A stretch of DNA of 63,335 nt, filler included, from Thraustochytrium aureum (taxonomy: Eukaryota): assembly GCA_012862495.1 (NCBI GenBank). It is 6 parts of 3 records of this genome, joined end to end, with 100 filler letters (N's around TTAATTAATTAA, not from the genome) between each part and the next. Parts side by side here need not be neighbours in the genome. Positions count along the whole stretch, not along the records: positions 1 to 13,486 come from BLSG01000098.1; 5 more parts are not named here. One strand, written 5' to 3'. Under the pieces are notes generated by a model. That model saw only the letters and a list, made by a program, of their open reading frames with translations, was not told the origin of the DNA and did not search any database. Below are positions 1 to 12,978 of the stretch, piece after piece. The first letter of the stretch is position 1. Every line of letters begins with the position of its first letter. The position numbers and the translations under genes were made by a program.

Positions 1-502
1 AGCCCCACCAGAACAGAACAGATCAGATCAGAACAGTACAAAACAGTCCAACAAGCTACAAGCAGCGGAGCGCTTGCACCAGCAAGCCCAGCCCTCAGCT
101 GGCTCTAGCTCGGGGCTGTGAAGGCGCCGGCCCAGCCTTTAGAAGCCGCGGCGCACTCCGCACAACCTCGCACTTGCTTGCCATCAAAGACTCCTCGCGC
201 CTCAGCAGCAGCGCGCGCGCAGCCACCGCCCCGCAACCCAAAGGCCCTGCGGCGCCCCCACGCGCCAGGCGCGGCCTGAGCGGCAGCCGCGGCGCAGCTC
301 GCGAGCGTCTTCGTTTCGCTCCACGACGGCCACCATTTTGGTTGGCACAGACGCCGTTCGCAAGTTTTTGCAGACGGCGCTCGCGGCCCGGTCCGAGCTC
401 GCTCTCAGTCACGGGCAGGCAGGCGTGCTCGGGGCCTCGCGGCGGCGCATCGCAGTCTCGGCGCGGCACTCGTCCCCGCCTCGCGTTGCAGGGCTTGGCG
501 GG

Positions 503-3500
503 ATGTGGGCTGGCTGGCGGTCAGGTGGGCGGGCGGCGGCTCTGCGGCGCCTCCCTGCTCGATGGCCGCACCAGGCGCTCCACAAACCCTTGGCCGCGAC
601 GCTGGATCGGTGCGTGGCGCCCGGAGACGCGCGCGCGCTGGCGTGCGCTTCAGCGTCGGAGGAGTCGAGCGTGCTGGGAAGCCTTTCGGTTTGGGTCAAA
701 GGCTCGAAGAACAGCCGCAGACGGCGGTTCGAGTCTGGCAGGCTCGCCCCGCTTGCGGACGGCGCGGTGGTGGCCTGGGACGGCGACTCCGTCGTGCTGA
801 CCACAGCATGCTCGGACAGGTACGGAGGCGACGCGTCCGGGGAGTCGATGCTGACGATCGACTTTCGGAGCAAGGGCGCAGCGGCCGGGCAGATCCCGTC
901 GCACGTTCTCCGGCGCGAGCTTGGCCCGCGCGAGTCTGACATTATGGTACGTTGAGCGAGGTCTGGTGGGACGATGGCCGCAGGCCTCGGCGTTGACTTG
1001 CATGACACTGAGCTGACCCATCGCTTGCTGGTCGAATCTCGCAGACTGCCCGGTTGATCGATCGAATCATCCGCCCGCTGTTCATAGGGGCCCGCACCAC
1101 TCCGACGCAGGTGATCAGCACCACGCTAGCGTTCGACCCCGATTCTGACGTCCCCGTGTCGAGTGTAAATTCGGCTTCACTTGCAATGATGATGGCCCGA
1201 TCAATCCCGTTTGATGGCCCGGTCGGGTGCGTGCGCGTGAGCTGCAAGGCCGAGGCGACCAACGCCAGCACGCCGGCAAAGAGCCTCCAATTTTACGAGT
1301 CGGAGGCGTTTCAGAGCCCTGTCGAGATGAAGGCCAAGGGTGTTTGGTTCAGCGTCGTCCTTTCCGCGACCAAGAAAGGCATAATTACCTTTGATCTGCT
1401 TTGCACGAAGCCCGTTGCAGCGGAGCATGTCAAGGCAGCCATCGCTTTCGCGACCAAGGCCGTCCGGCCGCTACTGGATGCTCAAGACGAGTTTATTGAC
1501 AAGCTCTCCGCGGCACGGCAAAGCCGCCAGCGCCAGTGGGTGCCCATTTCCAAGGGCCTCGAGATCGAGGAGAACCTGAAGAGGACCGTTTACGAGCAGG
1601 CGATGCGCGCACTGACGTCATCCGGAGAGACCTACATGACCTTGGCGGACGGGATAAAGCCCGACCTCGTGGACCAGCTTTTGTTGGCCGGGGCCTCGTC
1701 CGCGGCAAGCGGGCGGGCGGGCGCGCCAACCAGCCGCGCCGACTCCATCAAGAGTGGCCTGCAAGAGGCGATGGACGAGAGCGCCGCCATACCTGACGAG
1801 ATCGAGTCCGGCGAAAGCGACCTCGAGGAGAGTCCCAAGGGGGCTTCGGCCACACGTTCCGCGGCGGCGGGCAAGACGTCGCCTCCTGCCGAGGCAAGCG
1901 CCGCTGGCGAAGAAGCTGCGGCGGCGGCGCTTAGCGCGGCCGAGCCTAGCTCCCGCAAGAAGAGCGACGCCTGGAAATGGCGCGACCCTTCCATCCTCCG
2001 CAACCGCTTCTCGGCAAGGAATATGGCGGACGAGATTCTGCGCACCGTGGTGCGGGACTTGCTGTCGAGCGGGCGGCGCGCTGACGGTCGCTCCAATACC
2101 GACGTGCGCCCGCTCGGGTCGCAGCTCGGGCTCCTCCCCACGGTGCACGGCTCGGCCATCTCGACGCGGGGCAGGACAAGCGTTCTGTCGACCGTGACGC
2201 TTGGGCGGCTCAAGGACGCGCAGACCCTGGCGCCGTACTGTGGCCCGATGTTCACGAAACGCCTCATGGCCCAGTTTGAGTCGCCTCCTTACGGGTCAGG
2301 AAAGACCGGCCGTATAGGTCTTAGTCGGCGCATGGTCAGCCACGGCGACCTGGTCGAAAACGCACTGTTCCCCGTGATCCCTGAGAACGAGGAGCTGCCG
2401 TACGCGATTCGCATCACGAATGAGGCGACTAGCGCAGACGGTGGCGCGTCGATGGCGGCCATCTGTGCGAGCTCGCTGGCCTTGAGAAGCGCGGGCGTGC
2501 CGATGCGCGAGACCGTGGCGGGCGTCTCAGTGAGCCTGGTGAATAGGGTTGTGGATGCCTCGAGCTCGGACGAGGCGAGTCGCCGTTCCAAAGCCAAGTC
2601 CGGCGCAAAATCTGCCAAGGGGCCCGCCCCGAGCCAGCTGCTGTGCGACCCAGACTTTTATGAGGACACGTTCAGCAACATGCAGCTGCGCTGCGCCTCG
2701 ACGCGCACAGGGATCACGGCGCTTCAGGTCGACACGCATTGCGGCTCAAGCGGCGTCTCGGAGGAGACCCTGTTCGAGGCTATCGCGCATGCAGTGACCG
2801 CTAACGCCGCAATCCTCGACAAGATGGACGGCGACGTCGCGGCGCAGTACGGCTCGAGCTCTCCTGCCCAGCTGGCCGATCACATACCGCGCTCGCACAG
2901 GCTAAAGCTCAACGAAGGCCTCGCAAGGCGCCTCATCGGGGCCGGCGGGACAGTGGTGCGCTCGCTCGAGGCCGACCTCGGCGTCAACGTGGACATTGAC
3001 GCGGAGGCAGACACGGTTTGGGTCTATTCGCGCGACCAAAACGGGCTGGACTCTGCCCTCGAGGCAATAGAGACGATTCTCTGGGAACCAAACCCTGGCG
3101 AGATCTTCATGGACTGCGAGGTTACAGAGCTCCGCCATTACGGCGCGATCGTGTCCTTCTCAGCGCTCAAGCGCGAGGGCATGGTGCACATCAGCGAGCT
3201 CGACGTCATGCGTGTGGACCGCGTGGAAAATGTCGTGAAAGTGGGCGNNNNNNNNNNNNNNNNNNNNNNNNNNNNNNNNNNNNNNNNNNNNNNNNNNNNN
3301 NNNNNNNNNNNNNNNNNNNNNNNNNNNNNNNNNNNNNNNNNNNNNNNNNNNNNNNNNNNNNNNNNNNNNNNNNNNNNNNNNNNNNNNNNNNNNNNNNNNN
3401 NNNNNNNNNNNNNNNNNNNNNNNNNNNNNNNNNNNNNNNNNNNNNNNNNNNNNNNNNNNNNNNNNNNNNNNNNNNNNNNNNNNNNNNNNNNNNNNNNNNN

Positions 3501-3960
3501 NNNNNNNNNNNNNNNNNNNNNNNNNNNNNNNNNNNNNNNNNNNNNNNNNNNNNNNNNNNNNNNNNNNNNNNNNNNNNNNNNNNNNNNNNNNNNNNNNNNN
3601 NNNNNNNNNNNNNNNNNNNNNNNNNNNNNNNNNNNNNNNNNNNNNNAAAAGCCGGTTGCTCGCAAGCCCAAGCTGCCGTCGGAGCGACCCAAGAACGCCG
3701 CTTACACGGCCTTTCTGGGCGGTAACCAGGACGACGGCGCTGACGCAGCCGATGACAGCGGCGCTAGCGTGCACGAGGACCGTCGCCCGCGCGCGCGGAC
3801 GTCGCGAGTTCGTGAGAGCCCGCCAGCGCCGCCCCGCCTCCGCCGGACCCGGAGGAGAGCGAGGACCAGTGGCTCTACAGGCGGTGGCTTGCGTGGCGAA
3901 AGTCCAACTCGACTGCTGCAAAGTCCTAATCTGATGAAGCTTCAAAGCTTCAACAACTAA
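503..3960 (+). CDS. PNPT1: Polyribonucleotide nucleotidyltransferase (PNPase)-like protein, probably mitochondrial; exons 503-946 and 1045-~3960, with an N gap at 3248-3646
   Basis: Splicing a GT-AG intron (947-1044, gctgac branch) gives RRELGPRESDIM|TARLIDRIIRPLF, matching RNase PH domain 1. Also RADGR, LPTVHGSAISTRGRT, RRMVSHG, KH (LIGAGGTVVRSL) and S1 (HYGAIV..EGMVHISEL). The N-terminus is Arg/Ala-rich and transit-peptide-like. The 3' end is uncertain. Confidence 0.9.
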
Positions 3961-5843
3961 AATCCGCGCGGCCGCGCTGGCGGTTTCCATTTCTTCTTCA
4001 ACTCTACCGGGTACCACGTCCACGTGAGTTCTGTAGCTCGCGCCTGGCCTGATACGTTCTGATGACGCCCGGAGCGATCGTTGATCCTCTTGATTGATCA
4101 AGATCAGGGTAAGGATCAAGAGCGCGCTGGCGTTTGGAGAGAGGTACTCCGGGTCACCAGCACTTTGCTCGAGCCACTTCTCGTCCACCGCCGTTCCAAA
4201 TAGCGTTCTTGACCTGCAGAGAGTCCGGCGGCGGCACGCTCAGCTGGCGCGCCTGCTGCCGCATTCAACCGCTCGCCGAGGCTCATTCATGAGGTCAGCC
4301 AGGCTGTGGCTGGCTCGCACGCACCCGCGCACTCTGGGCTCTGGGGAGGTGGAGAGGACCAGAATCAGCTACCAGCCCCTCCCTGCACTGCACTGAGAGC
4401 GCGCGGCAGCGGCGGGTGCCCTTGCCCCTGGGCGCCCGCACCAAAGCCACCGCAGGGGCAGAGGCACGGCGCAAAACAAAAAAGGATTTCTTCTCTGCCT
4501 TGATTTGTTCGCTCCAGCGACCCTCAGCGGGAGTTCTCGTCTGGCATCACGGGCCCCCATGGCCCCACGAGCGCCGGAGATTAAAAGAGCCGCAGATAAC
4601 GCGAAACGCTGCAAGGAGATAGGCCGAGTCCGCGATAGTTTAGCCAAGAGTTGGTATCTAAGCCCCTCGAGCCGTCCCCGATCGAAAAAAAGAAGAAAAA
4701 GAAAAAAAAAGCCATCTCCATCCACGGTTTCCCTTTCTGTTTTTCAACCCGGTTTGTCCACCCAGACGGTACTGCCCCTTTCCCCGCACCTCTACCGTGA
4801 ATATCGGTGCAAATATCCTACTAGATCCAGAAATAGAACGTAATATCATCTCCACGCTAATCCTCCGAGGTACGCAAACGAACCACAAGTCCCACTGTAC
4901 ACCACCGCCGGGGTACACTTCCGTGTGAAGGGCAGCACACGCTCGCAACGAGACGTGCTCAGCAGCGCAGGCGAGAGAGAGCGANNNNNNNNNNNNNNNN
5001 NNNNNNNNNNNNNNNNNNNNNNNNNNNNNNNNNNNNNNNNNNNNNNNNNNNNNNNNNNNNNNNNNNNNNNNNNNNNNNNNNNNNNNNNNNNNNNNNNNNN
5101 NNNNNNNNNNNNNNNNNNNNNNNNNNNNNNNNNNNNNNNNNNNNNNNNNNNNNNNNNNNNNNNNNNNNNNNNNNNNNNNNNNNNNNNNNNNNNNNNNNNN
5201 NNNNNNNNNNNNNNNNNNNNNNNNNNNNNNNNNNNNNNNNNNNNNNNNNNNNNNNNNNNNNNNNNNNNNNNNNNNNNNNNNNNNNNNNNNNNNNNNNNNN
5301 NNNNNNNNNNNNNNNNNNNNNNNNNNNNNNNNNNNNNNNNNNNNNNNNNNNNNNNNNNNNNNNNNNNNNNNNNNNNNNNNNNNNNNNNNNNNNNNNNNNN
5401 NNNNNNNNNNNNNNNNNNNNNNNNNNNNNNNNNNNNNNNNNNNNNNNNNNNNNNNNNNNNNNNNNNNNNNNNNNNNNNNNNNNNNNNNNNNNNNNNNNNN
5501 NNNNNNNNNNNNNNNNNNNNNNNNNNNNNNNNNNNNNNNNNNNNNNNNNNNNNNNNNNNNNNNNNNNNNNNNNNNNNNNNNNNNNNNNNNNNNNNNNNNN
5601 NNNNNGTGGCTGAGCGGAGGCCGCGGGGCTGCGTGCGGTGCGTGCTTGCTGCGGCCGACGGCCAAGGCCGGCGAGGACGGAGAGCGGGAAACGCGGAGCT
5701 GGTCGGGTTTCCGGCGCGGCGTGCGAGTGGCTGACTTGGCGCTGCTGGACGCGGCGAAGGCGGAACACGGCGGGAAGGCGCCGCCTGGCGGCGGGAAAGG
5801 CCCCGCGTGCTTGCGGGAAAGCGTGCGGGAGGGCTTGCGAGAA

Positions 5844-7058
5844 ATGGGGTGCTGCGCAAGCGCGTCAAGCGCCAGTGGCGCGCCGCTGAGCGAGGCGAGC
5901 GACGGGGCACCAAAGCTGATGCACACAAACAGCATGCTCTTCCCGACGGACGCCATGAACGATGCGAAAAAGTCGCTGCGGCTGGAGAAACCCGTCGACG
6001 AAGCAAGCCACAGCGAAAGCGACGCCGACGACCCGCTCGGCATCCTCCTGGCGAGCGAAAACGGCTACGTGCTCGGGCACGAGGTAGAGTACGCTCAGGA
6101 AATGAGCGAGTCCCTCAAGGTCAAGATCGCCGTGGACGGCGGCAGCGCCCGGGCGGCCCGCGAGCTGCTGGTCGGCTACAAGACCCTGCAGGGGCGGGCC
6201 GCCTCGCCGCCCAGCAAACCCAACCAAGACAGCGTGGTGGTCTTCAAGCTGGAGGGCAAGCCGAACGTGGCGGTCTTTGGCGTGTTTGACGGGCACGGCC
6301 CGTTTGGCGAGCACGCGGCGCACTTTTGCCGCATGATGTTCCACAGGACGATGAAGGACGTGTTCGCCGAGCTCGGCGACGACGCAGCGCCCGAGGACGT
6401 GCTGCGGGAAACGATCGCGCGCGTTCACCACGACTTTATCCACACCATCCCTGCCAAGAGCGGCGTGGACCCCCTCGTGAGCGGAACGACCCTCATCGTC
6501 GCGCTCGTCAAGGACGACGTGGTCTATGTAGCCAACGTCGGCGACTCGCGCTGCATCCTGGGCCAGCGCTCCGCCGAGGACGCCAGCAAGGCGCAGGTCG
6601 TGGCCATGTCGGACGACCACAAGCCAGAGCGGGACTCGGAACGCGCGCGCATCGAGCAGACCGAGGCAGTCCTCATGTCCGAGGGCCAGCTGCGGGGCGG
6701 GTCCAAGGTCGAAGGCAAGATGTACATCTGCCGCGCCAAGGGCGGGCAGATCTCGTACGGCGTGCTCTTCACGCGCTCCATCGGCGACCTCGACGCGCAC
6801 AACTACCTGGGCGTCTCCGCAGAGCCCGAGTTCAAGCACTTCGCTCTCGAGGCGGATCTCGAGCAGTACCTCGTGCTGGCCTCGGACGGGATCTGGGACC
6901 AAATGTCAAACGAGCAGGTCATGCGCAAGGTTTTCCAGCTCGGCGACCCGCTCAAGGCCAGCGAGCAAATCGCGGCAATTGCGCGCGACCGCTGGGACAA
7001 CGACCGCATGCACTCGCGCCGCGACGACATCACAGTCTGCGTGGTCAAGCTCAACTGA
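5844..7058 (+). CDS. Protein phosphatase 2C (PPM family) with N-terminal MGCC acylation motif
   Basis: Motifs NQD, VFDGHG, SGTT, ANVGDSR, DHKP, TRSIGD, LASDGIWD and DDITV; in-frame ATG at 5844 gives MGCCAS. Confidence 0.95.
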   Translation: MGCCASASSASGAPLSEASDGAPKLMHTNSMLFPTDAMNDAKKSLRLEKPVDEASHSESDADDPLGILLASENGYVLGHEVEYAQEMSESLKVKIAVDGGSARAARELLVGYKTLQGRAASPPSKPNQDSVVVFKLEGKPNVAVFGVFDGHGPFGEHAAHFCRMMFHRTMKDVFAELGDDAAPEDVLRETIARVHHDFIHTIPAKSGVDPLVSGTTLIVALVKDDVVYVANVGDSRCILGQRSAEDASKAQVVAMSDDHKPERDSERARIEQTEAVLMSEGQLRGGSKVEGKMYICRAKGGQISYGVLFTRSIGDLDAHNYLGVSAEPEFKHFALEADLEQYLVLASDGIWDQMSNEQVMRKVFQLGDPLKASEQIAAIARDRWDNDRMHSRRDDITVCVVKLN

Positions 7059-7309
7059 CGGCCGTGCGGCACGGCAGTGAGAGCCGCCGCGACTAGCTGT
7101 CTCGGAGTGGCGTCCGCCTCTTGGGTCCGTGGGCCTCTTGGGGTGCGACTTTTCTCTATGCGGCTCGCTTCCTTTCGCGCGCCTCCCGCCGCGAGATGCG
7201 ACCGACCCTGTGTTTCCTCTTCTTCTGATTGCCACCTGTATGTCATTTTTTTCTTCCTGGCCCACTGTCTCGCCTTTCTTTCGTCGTTTGCAACTGCTTT
7301 GCAGTGCTT

Positions 7310-7338
7310 TGTGTTGTTGTTGTTGTTGTTGTTGTTGT
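7310..7338. repeat. (GTT)n microsatellite between convergent genes
   Basis: Direct tandem ttg/gtt run. Confidence 0.9.
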
Positions 7339-7496
7339 GAACAACACCGTGACCTTGCTCGTCGGATGCATGAACAACTTGGCCTGGCCGCGGGCGGACG
7401 GGCTGGCTGGATGGCTGGCAGCCGCGCGCAGGGCATCATGGCGATCAAAAACGGAACGAGCTGTTGTACATTTATAAATGCGGCGCAGCAATCGAA

Positions 7497-10277
7497 TCAG
7501 GCGCTCACGGCCGACTGCGCGACGGGCTGCAGCGGCCTCGTGTAGTTGGCCGGCACCATGCCGCGGTTTCCTGCGGAGTCGCTGGCGTCCAGCCACCCGC
7601 CGTCCTCATCGATGCCGTGAACGGTCAGGACCTCGCGCTTCTTGATCGTCAAGTCGCACGGGTCTTGGGCCTCGTAGTCGAAAATGACTATCACCTGCTT
7701 GCTCGGAGCCTCCTCCGAGCAGGCGGTCAGCGCCGGGCTCAGGTCCAGCGCTGGGAGCTTGGACGCCTTGTCGCCCGACGCAGTCTTTGCTGGAGCGAGA
7801 TGTCCGCTGGCGGTCTCGGGCGGCGCACTGGAGGGCTGGGACGCCGGCACTGGGGCCGCCCGTGCACAGGGCTTTCAGCTTGTGCGCCGGTGCTGTTCCG
7901 GCGCGTGCGGGGAGCGGGCGCGCTCGAAGCGGCACCGGGATCGGAGAATCCCGCTGCTGTCGCCTGCTGCGCGCTCGCCGCTTGCGTGTAGTTTTCAGGG
8001 AACGAACCTTGAGAGCCGTCCCGCTTGCGCCCCTCCCACCAGCCCGAGTCGTCCTTCTCGACGACCTGGAGGATGTCGCCCACGCGGAGGGAGAGCTCAG
8101 AGTCTTCCTCAGCGATGTAGTCGTACAGCGCGCGGACAAACTCCACCTGTGGAGGGTTGCGCTGCACGTACGACGCCTCCAAATGCTCGGGGCTCGAAGG
8201 CGCAGCCGCCTTTGGGCTTTCGACGAAGGCCTCGTCGAGTTGGTCGTCCTCGTCGCTCAGCTCGAGAGGCTGCAGCGAGCCCGAGCTATTGTTCAGCTCC
8301 GCCGCGAGGCTCGGCCGCTGTGGCCGCGGTGGCGTCTCGAACTGGGTCCTGGCCGTCGGAGGCTGAGGCCGCGGTGGAACGACCTGCGGCGGAACTGGCG
8401 TGGGTCCTCCAAACCCGACCAATCCGACGCCGCCCTGCTGCGGCGACTTGGAGAGCAGCGGCTGCGGCNNNNNNNNNNNNNNNNNNNNNNNNNNNNNNNN
8501 NNNNNNNNNNNNNNNNNNNNNNNNNNNNNNNNNNNNNNNNNNNNNNNNNNNNNNNNNNNNNNNNNNNNNNNNNNNNNNNNNNNNNNNNNNNNNNNNNNNN
8601 NNNNNNNNNNNNNNNNNNNNNNNNNNNNNNNNNNNNNNNNNNNNNNNNNNNNNNNNNNNNNNNNNNNNNNNNNNNNNNNNNNNNNNNNNNNNNNNNNNNN
8701 NNNNNNNNNNNNNNNNNNNNNNNNNNNNNNNNNNNNNNNNNNNNNNNNNNNNNNNNNNNNNNNNNNNNNNNNNNNNNNNNNNNNNNNNNNNNNNNNNTGT
8801 TCGGGGGCGGAGGTGGCGTTCTCGAGGCCAGAGCGAACGAAGCGGCCCCAGACGGCGTCGATGGCGCGAGCGCATCGATTGGGCCTGAATGGGATGAGCT
8901 GCGGTGGTGGCTTTGGGGCGAGGTCCCAAAACCAGCGCTTGCGCTCCGCGCGTGCCCGTGCAGAAACCCGGCGTTGAATGGGTCGTGCTGCTGCTGCTGC
9001 TGCTGCTGTTGCTGGAGTTGCTGCTGGGGATGCAGGACGCTGCCGTTATTGCTAAACATAGTAGTCACCTGCGGCGCCCCGGCGCCCGGCCCGGAGAAGC
9101 TCGAGTGAGGCGACGGGCTGGAGCCGAGCGAGCGTGGCGAGCTTGGCCCGTACGGGCCAGGCGCGGCCCCGTTGGACCCGCTCGGTGTCTTGAATCGCTG
9201 CTGAACGGGGCTGGACCCGGCGCCCCCTGCAGCACTAGCGCTGACGATGCCACCGCCGACGAGGATCTCGATTTCGGCCTCGATCTTGGCGTTGGCAAGC
9301 TTTTCGAATGTAACCGGCTCGAGGGGCGGGCGCAGGTGCTTGTTGACAAAGTCCTTGATGTCGCGCGCGCTGTCTGTCTCGTTGGCCTTCTCGCGCAGGT
9401 CTTCCAGCATGGCCTCGGATTGGTTGGCTAGCTCAGTGAAGGAGTCGACAACGCCGTGCAGCAGCGCTTTGACGTACTCGATGCGGCTCTCTTCCAGGAT
9501 TTGGAGCTCCTCCAGCAGGCGCTGCATTCCGGCAGTATAGTTGGCCCTGTACGACCGCAGCTCCTCGACGGCAAGGCGGTACTGCTGCTCTGACTCTTGC
9601 ACGGCGATAAGCGCGTCGGTGGTGCGTTGCCAGAGCTTGGAGACCTCGTGCAAGGCCTTTTCTTGGTGGGCCTTTTCCTTGAGCGAGATGCACAGCTCGG
9701 CGTCCTTGCAGGCCTTGTCGTACTTTTGCCTGGCGCGCTGAAAGGTCTGCTCTTGGGCCTGCATGCCGCGGCGCAGCTTTGTGCCCTCCAGCTCGAGTTT
9801 CTTCTTGGTAAGGTTTTGCTCGCGGCGAAACTGGTGCAGCTGCGAGCACATCGCGCCAACCACGCTACTCATGCGGGCGCGCGCAGAAGCGATCTTGCCA
9901 AAGCCTGTGCAAAAGCTGTCGATGGCCAAGCCCAGCGTCCCCGCCTCGCAGGAGGGGAGGTCAAACTTTTTCCGCGTGCATGGGAGCCGGCTGATGTACT
10001 CTTTCTCTGCAGCGGCCCACTGTCCGAGCGCCACCGCGATGTCCTTCGTGCTTTGTTTGGTCCCGTTGGCCTGCTCCAGGCAAGCGTCGAGCCCGTCCCA
10101 GAGCTCTGCGTAGCTTGCGTTGGGCTCCTTGGTTTCACTGCTCGTGTCGCGGTTCTTGGCCACGTCGGCGAGGATCGACCGCGCGGTCTTGTTGTAGGGC
10201 TTGTTGCCCACGCTGAGTGGCTCGCTTGACGACTGTGACAGGCTCGACACGAGCCGCCGAACGCGCTCCCCGGCCAT
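7497..10277 (-). CDS. F-BAR (FCH) domain protein with poly-Q/Pro-rich linker and two C-terminal SH3 domains (gapped; apparent frameshift near 7850)
   Basis: N-terminal helical F-BAR signature (LWDGLDACL..W.AAEKEY..LQILEESRIEYVK). SH3-1 is RALYDYIAEEDSELSLRVGD..WWEG..GSFPENY; SH3-2 is IFDYEAQDPCDLTIKK..GWL..RGMVPANY. Confidence 0.85.
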
Positions 10278-11984
10278 GCTCGCCAGTTTTCCTACCTCGG
10301 CCCCAACGCGGGCTGCGCCTTGGCGAGTTTCTGTTTATCAGGGATTTATTTTGAGGCCCTCGCGCTGTCGTGTCAGGCGACCGCGGTTCTCTCTCTCGNN
10401 NNNNNNNNNNNNNNNNNNNNNNNNNNNNNNNNNNNNNNNNNNNNNNNNNNNNNNNNNNNNNNNNNNNNNNNNNNNNNNNNNNNNNNNNNNNNNNNNNNNN
10501 NNNNNNNNNNNNNNNNNNNNNNNNNNNNNNNNNNNNNNNNNNNNNNNNNNNNNNNNNNNNNNNNNNNNNNNNNNNNNNNNNNNNNNNNNNNNNNNNNNNN
10601 NNNNNNNNNNNNNNNNNNNNNNNNNNNNNNNNNNNNNNNNNNNNNNNNNNNNNNNNNNNNNNNNNNNNNNNNNNNNNNNNNNNNNNNNNNNNNNNNNNNN
10701 NNNNNNNNNNNNNNNNNNNNNNNNNNNNNNNNNNNNNNNNNNNNNNNNNNNNNNNNNNNNNNNNNNNNNNNNNNNNNNNNNNNNNNNNNNNNNNNNNNNN
10801 NNNNNNNNNNNNNNNNNNNNNNNNNNNNNNNNNNNNNNNNNNNNNNNNNNNNNNNNNNNNNNNNNNNNNNNNNNNNNNNNNNNNNNNNNNNNNNNNNNNN
10901 NNNNNNNNNNNNNNNNNNNNNNNNNNNNNNNNNNNNNNNNNNNNNNNNNNNNNNNNNNNNNNNNNNNNNNNNNNNNNNNNNNNNNNNNNNNNNNNNNNNN
11001 NNNNNNNNNNNNNNNNNNNNNNNNNNNNNNNNNNNNNNNNNNNNNNNNNNNNNNNNNNNNNNNNNNNNNNNNNNNNNNNNNNNNNNNNNNNNNNNNNNNN
11101 NNNNCGTCCCACTGCCGCTCCAATTGCCTTTTACCCCCCCTGCGGCCGCACCTTATCGCGTTTACTGCGCAAGTCCTGTTTGCTCGAACCGGAAATGTAG
11201 TAGTGTTTTACTATACAGAGCTGTTGCCAGACTCGGCTAGCGACGGATTGTGGGAGGAGGGGTAGGTGGCGAGTGGGTGCAGGAGAGGCGTTACGGCGCC
11301 AGCGTTTGTTTTCGCGGCGACGCTCGGCATCGTTTCCTTTCCACCGCTCGCTGCTCGCGCGCCTCTCGGCTTTGGCGCGCGTACCGAGTAGCGACGGAGT
11401 GGCTTGCGCCGGTGCTTTTCTTCGTGAGGTCTGCGTCCATCTCGCTGCCAAGATGCTGCGGGTCGCTGCTGGTCCCAAGTGAGCAAAACGCCGGGCGTGG
11501 GCCGGCCTGGCTCCTGGACAACTGCATGCAGGGCTTGCTTGCATGACGCGAAACATCGGTCCGGATCCTGCTTGCTCGCACTTTTCTCGAGTAGTTTAGC
11601 TTTCTTTACTGAAAGACGCTTCGAGGTCCAGCCCGAAAAATGAGCGAGCGAGCCTCAAGCTGAAGGAAGCTGGTCGAGCGCTTCTCACCGCAGCACACGC
11701 TTGTCGCTGAACGCGCGCAGGGGGAGACCAACGGCACGCGCGTCGCACGATGCAGGTCACAGCTGCTTGGCGCGCTTGCTCCGCCGCTGTCCTGGCGCAG
11801 CAGGCGCCGGTTCTTGCCCTTTGCCTTCGCTTTTCCCTGGCCGAGGCGCCAGCGTTTTTCGGCCCGGCTTTCTTGGACTTTGGTGGAGCTGGCTTTGCGG
11901 GCTCGCCATCCGCCGTTTTGGCATCTGGGCCTTGAGCTCCCTCAGGCGCCCCTTCCTGCGCGGGCCTCGTCCTTGGCGGGCCCT

Positions 11985-12978
11985 TCACGGGCTCTGCTGA
12001 CTCGGTTTTTCAGCATCAAGTTCGGTCGGTTTGGAGCCGCCAAAGGTCGCTTCGTCGCCGCCCGGCGTCTTGACCGAAAGGTGGCGCTTGAAGACGAGCT
12101 CCGTTTCCGAGCTCGCTCGTGGTGCGAACTTGAATAGACCCTCCGCGCCTGAGAAGCGCTGCAGCTCCTCGAGGTTCGAGGGCGCCGCTTTCGCCACGAA
12201 TCGAACCATCATGCCGCGCGCCTGCTTTGCAAAGACGGAAGCCATGCGGCCAGTAGCCGCCGTAAACGTGCACTGGACCACGTTCAGCCCGTGCTCCTCG
12301 CGCAGGCGAGTAAAGTCGACGGCTTTGGCGTACTCTTGTGACGCGCAGTTCAGAATGGTGTGGGCCTCGTTTGCTTGGCGATCGCCGCCAGCTGGTCTGT
12401 CAGCCCGTGTTTTGCCCAGAACTTGTAAAGGTTGGGGCAGCCGTCCACGTCGAGTCGTGTGCCCATTTCGAGCCTGTACGGCCGCATGGCGTCGTTAGGT
12501 CGCAAAAGGCCATAAAGCCCGGACAAGNNNNNNNNNNNNNNNNNNNNNNNNNNNNNNNNNNNNNNNNNNNNNNNNNNNNNNNNNNNNNNNNNNNNNNNNN
12601 NNNNNNNNNNNNNNNNNNNNNNNNNNNNNNNNNNNNNNNNNNNNNNNNNNNNNNNNNNNNNNNNNNNNNCTTGTCGAGTCTTGCGAGCTCGTCTTCGGCC
12701 ATGTCGTTGACGTTGAGCGCCCGAAACGAGGGCCCATCAAACAACCGTGCCGCGGGGTACGCGGGCTGCTCCTCAAACCCTTGGTACCTGGTGTGGTTGA
12801 GGGCAGCAAGGTTGTCGCTCAGCGACATGGTGCTTTTCAGCTCTGCCTTGGTCAGCATCTTGCATCGCGCCACCAGCATGCGCGTGCTGGCGCCGAGCAC
12901 AGGCACGCTGTGCATCGCCGTTGCACGCGCGCACGCCTCCTCGGCCAGCGTCTTGGTCGGTGACAGGAGGCACAGCAT
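11985..12978 (-). CDS. yaaA: YaaA/UPF0246 (DUF328) peroxide-stress protein; gapped, with frameshifts and a possible low-complexity tail toward ~11600
   Basis: [42 protein letters not shown] (minus strand from ~12525), [13 protein letters not shown] and [12 protein letters not shown] match YaaA family motifs. Confidence 0.88.
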
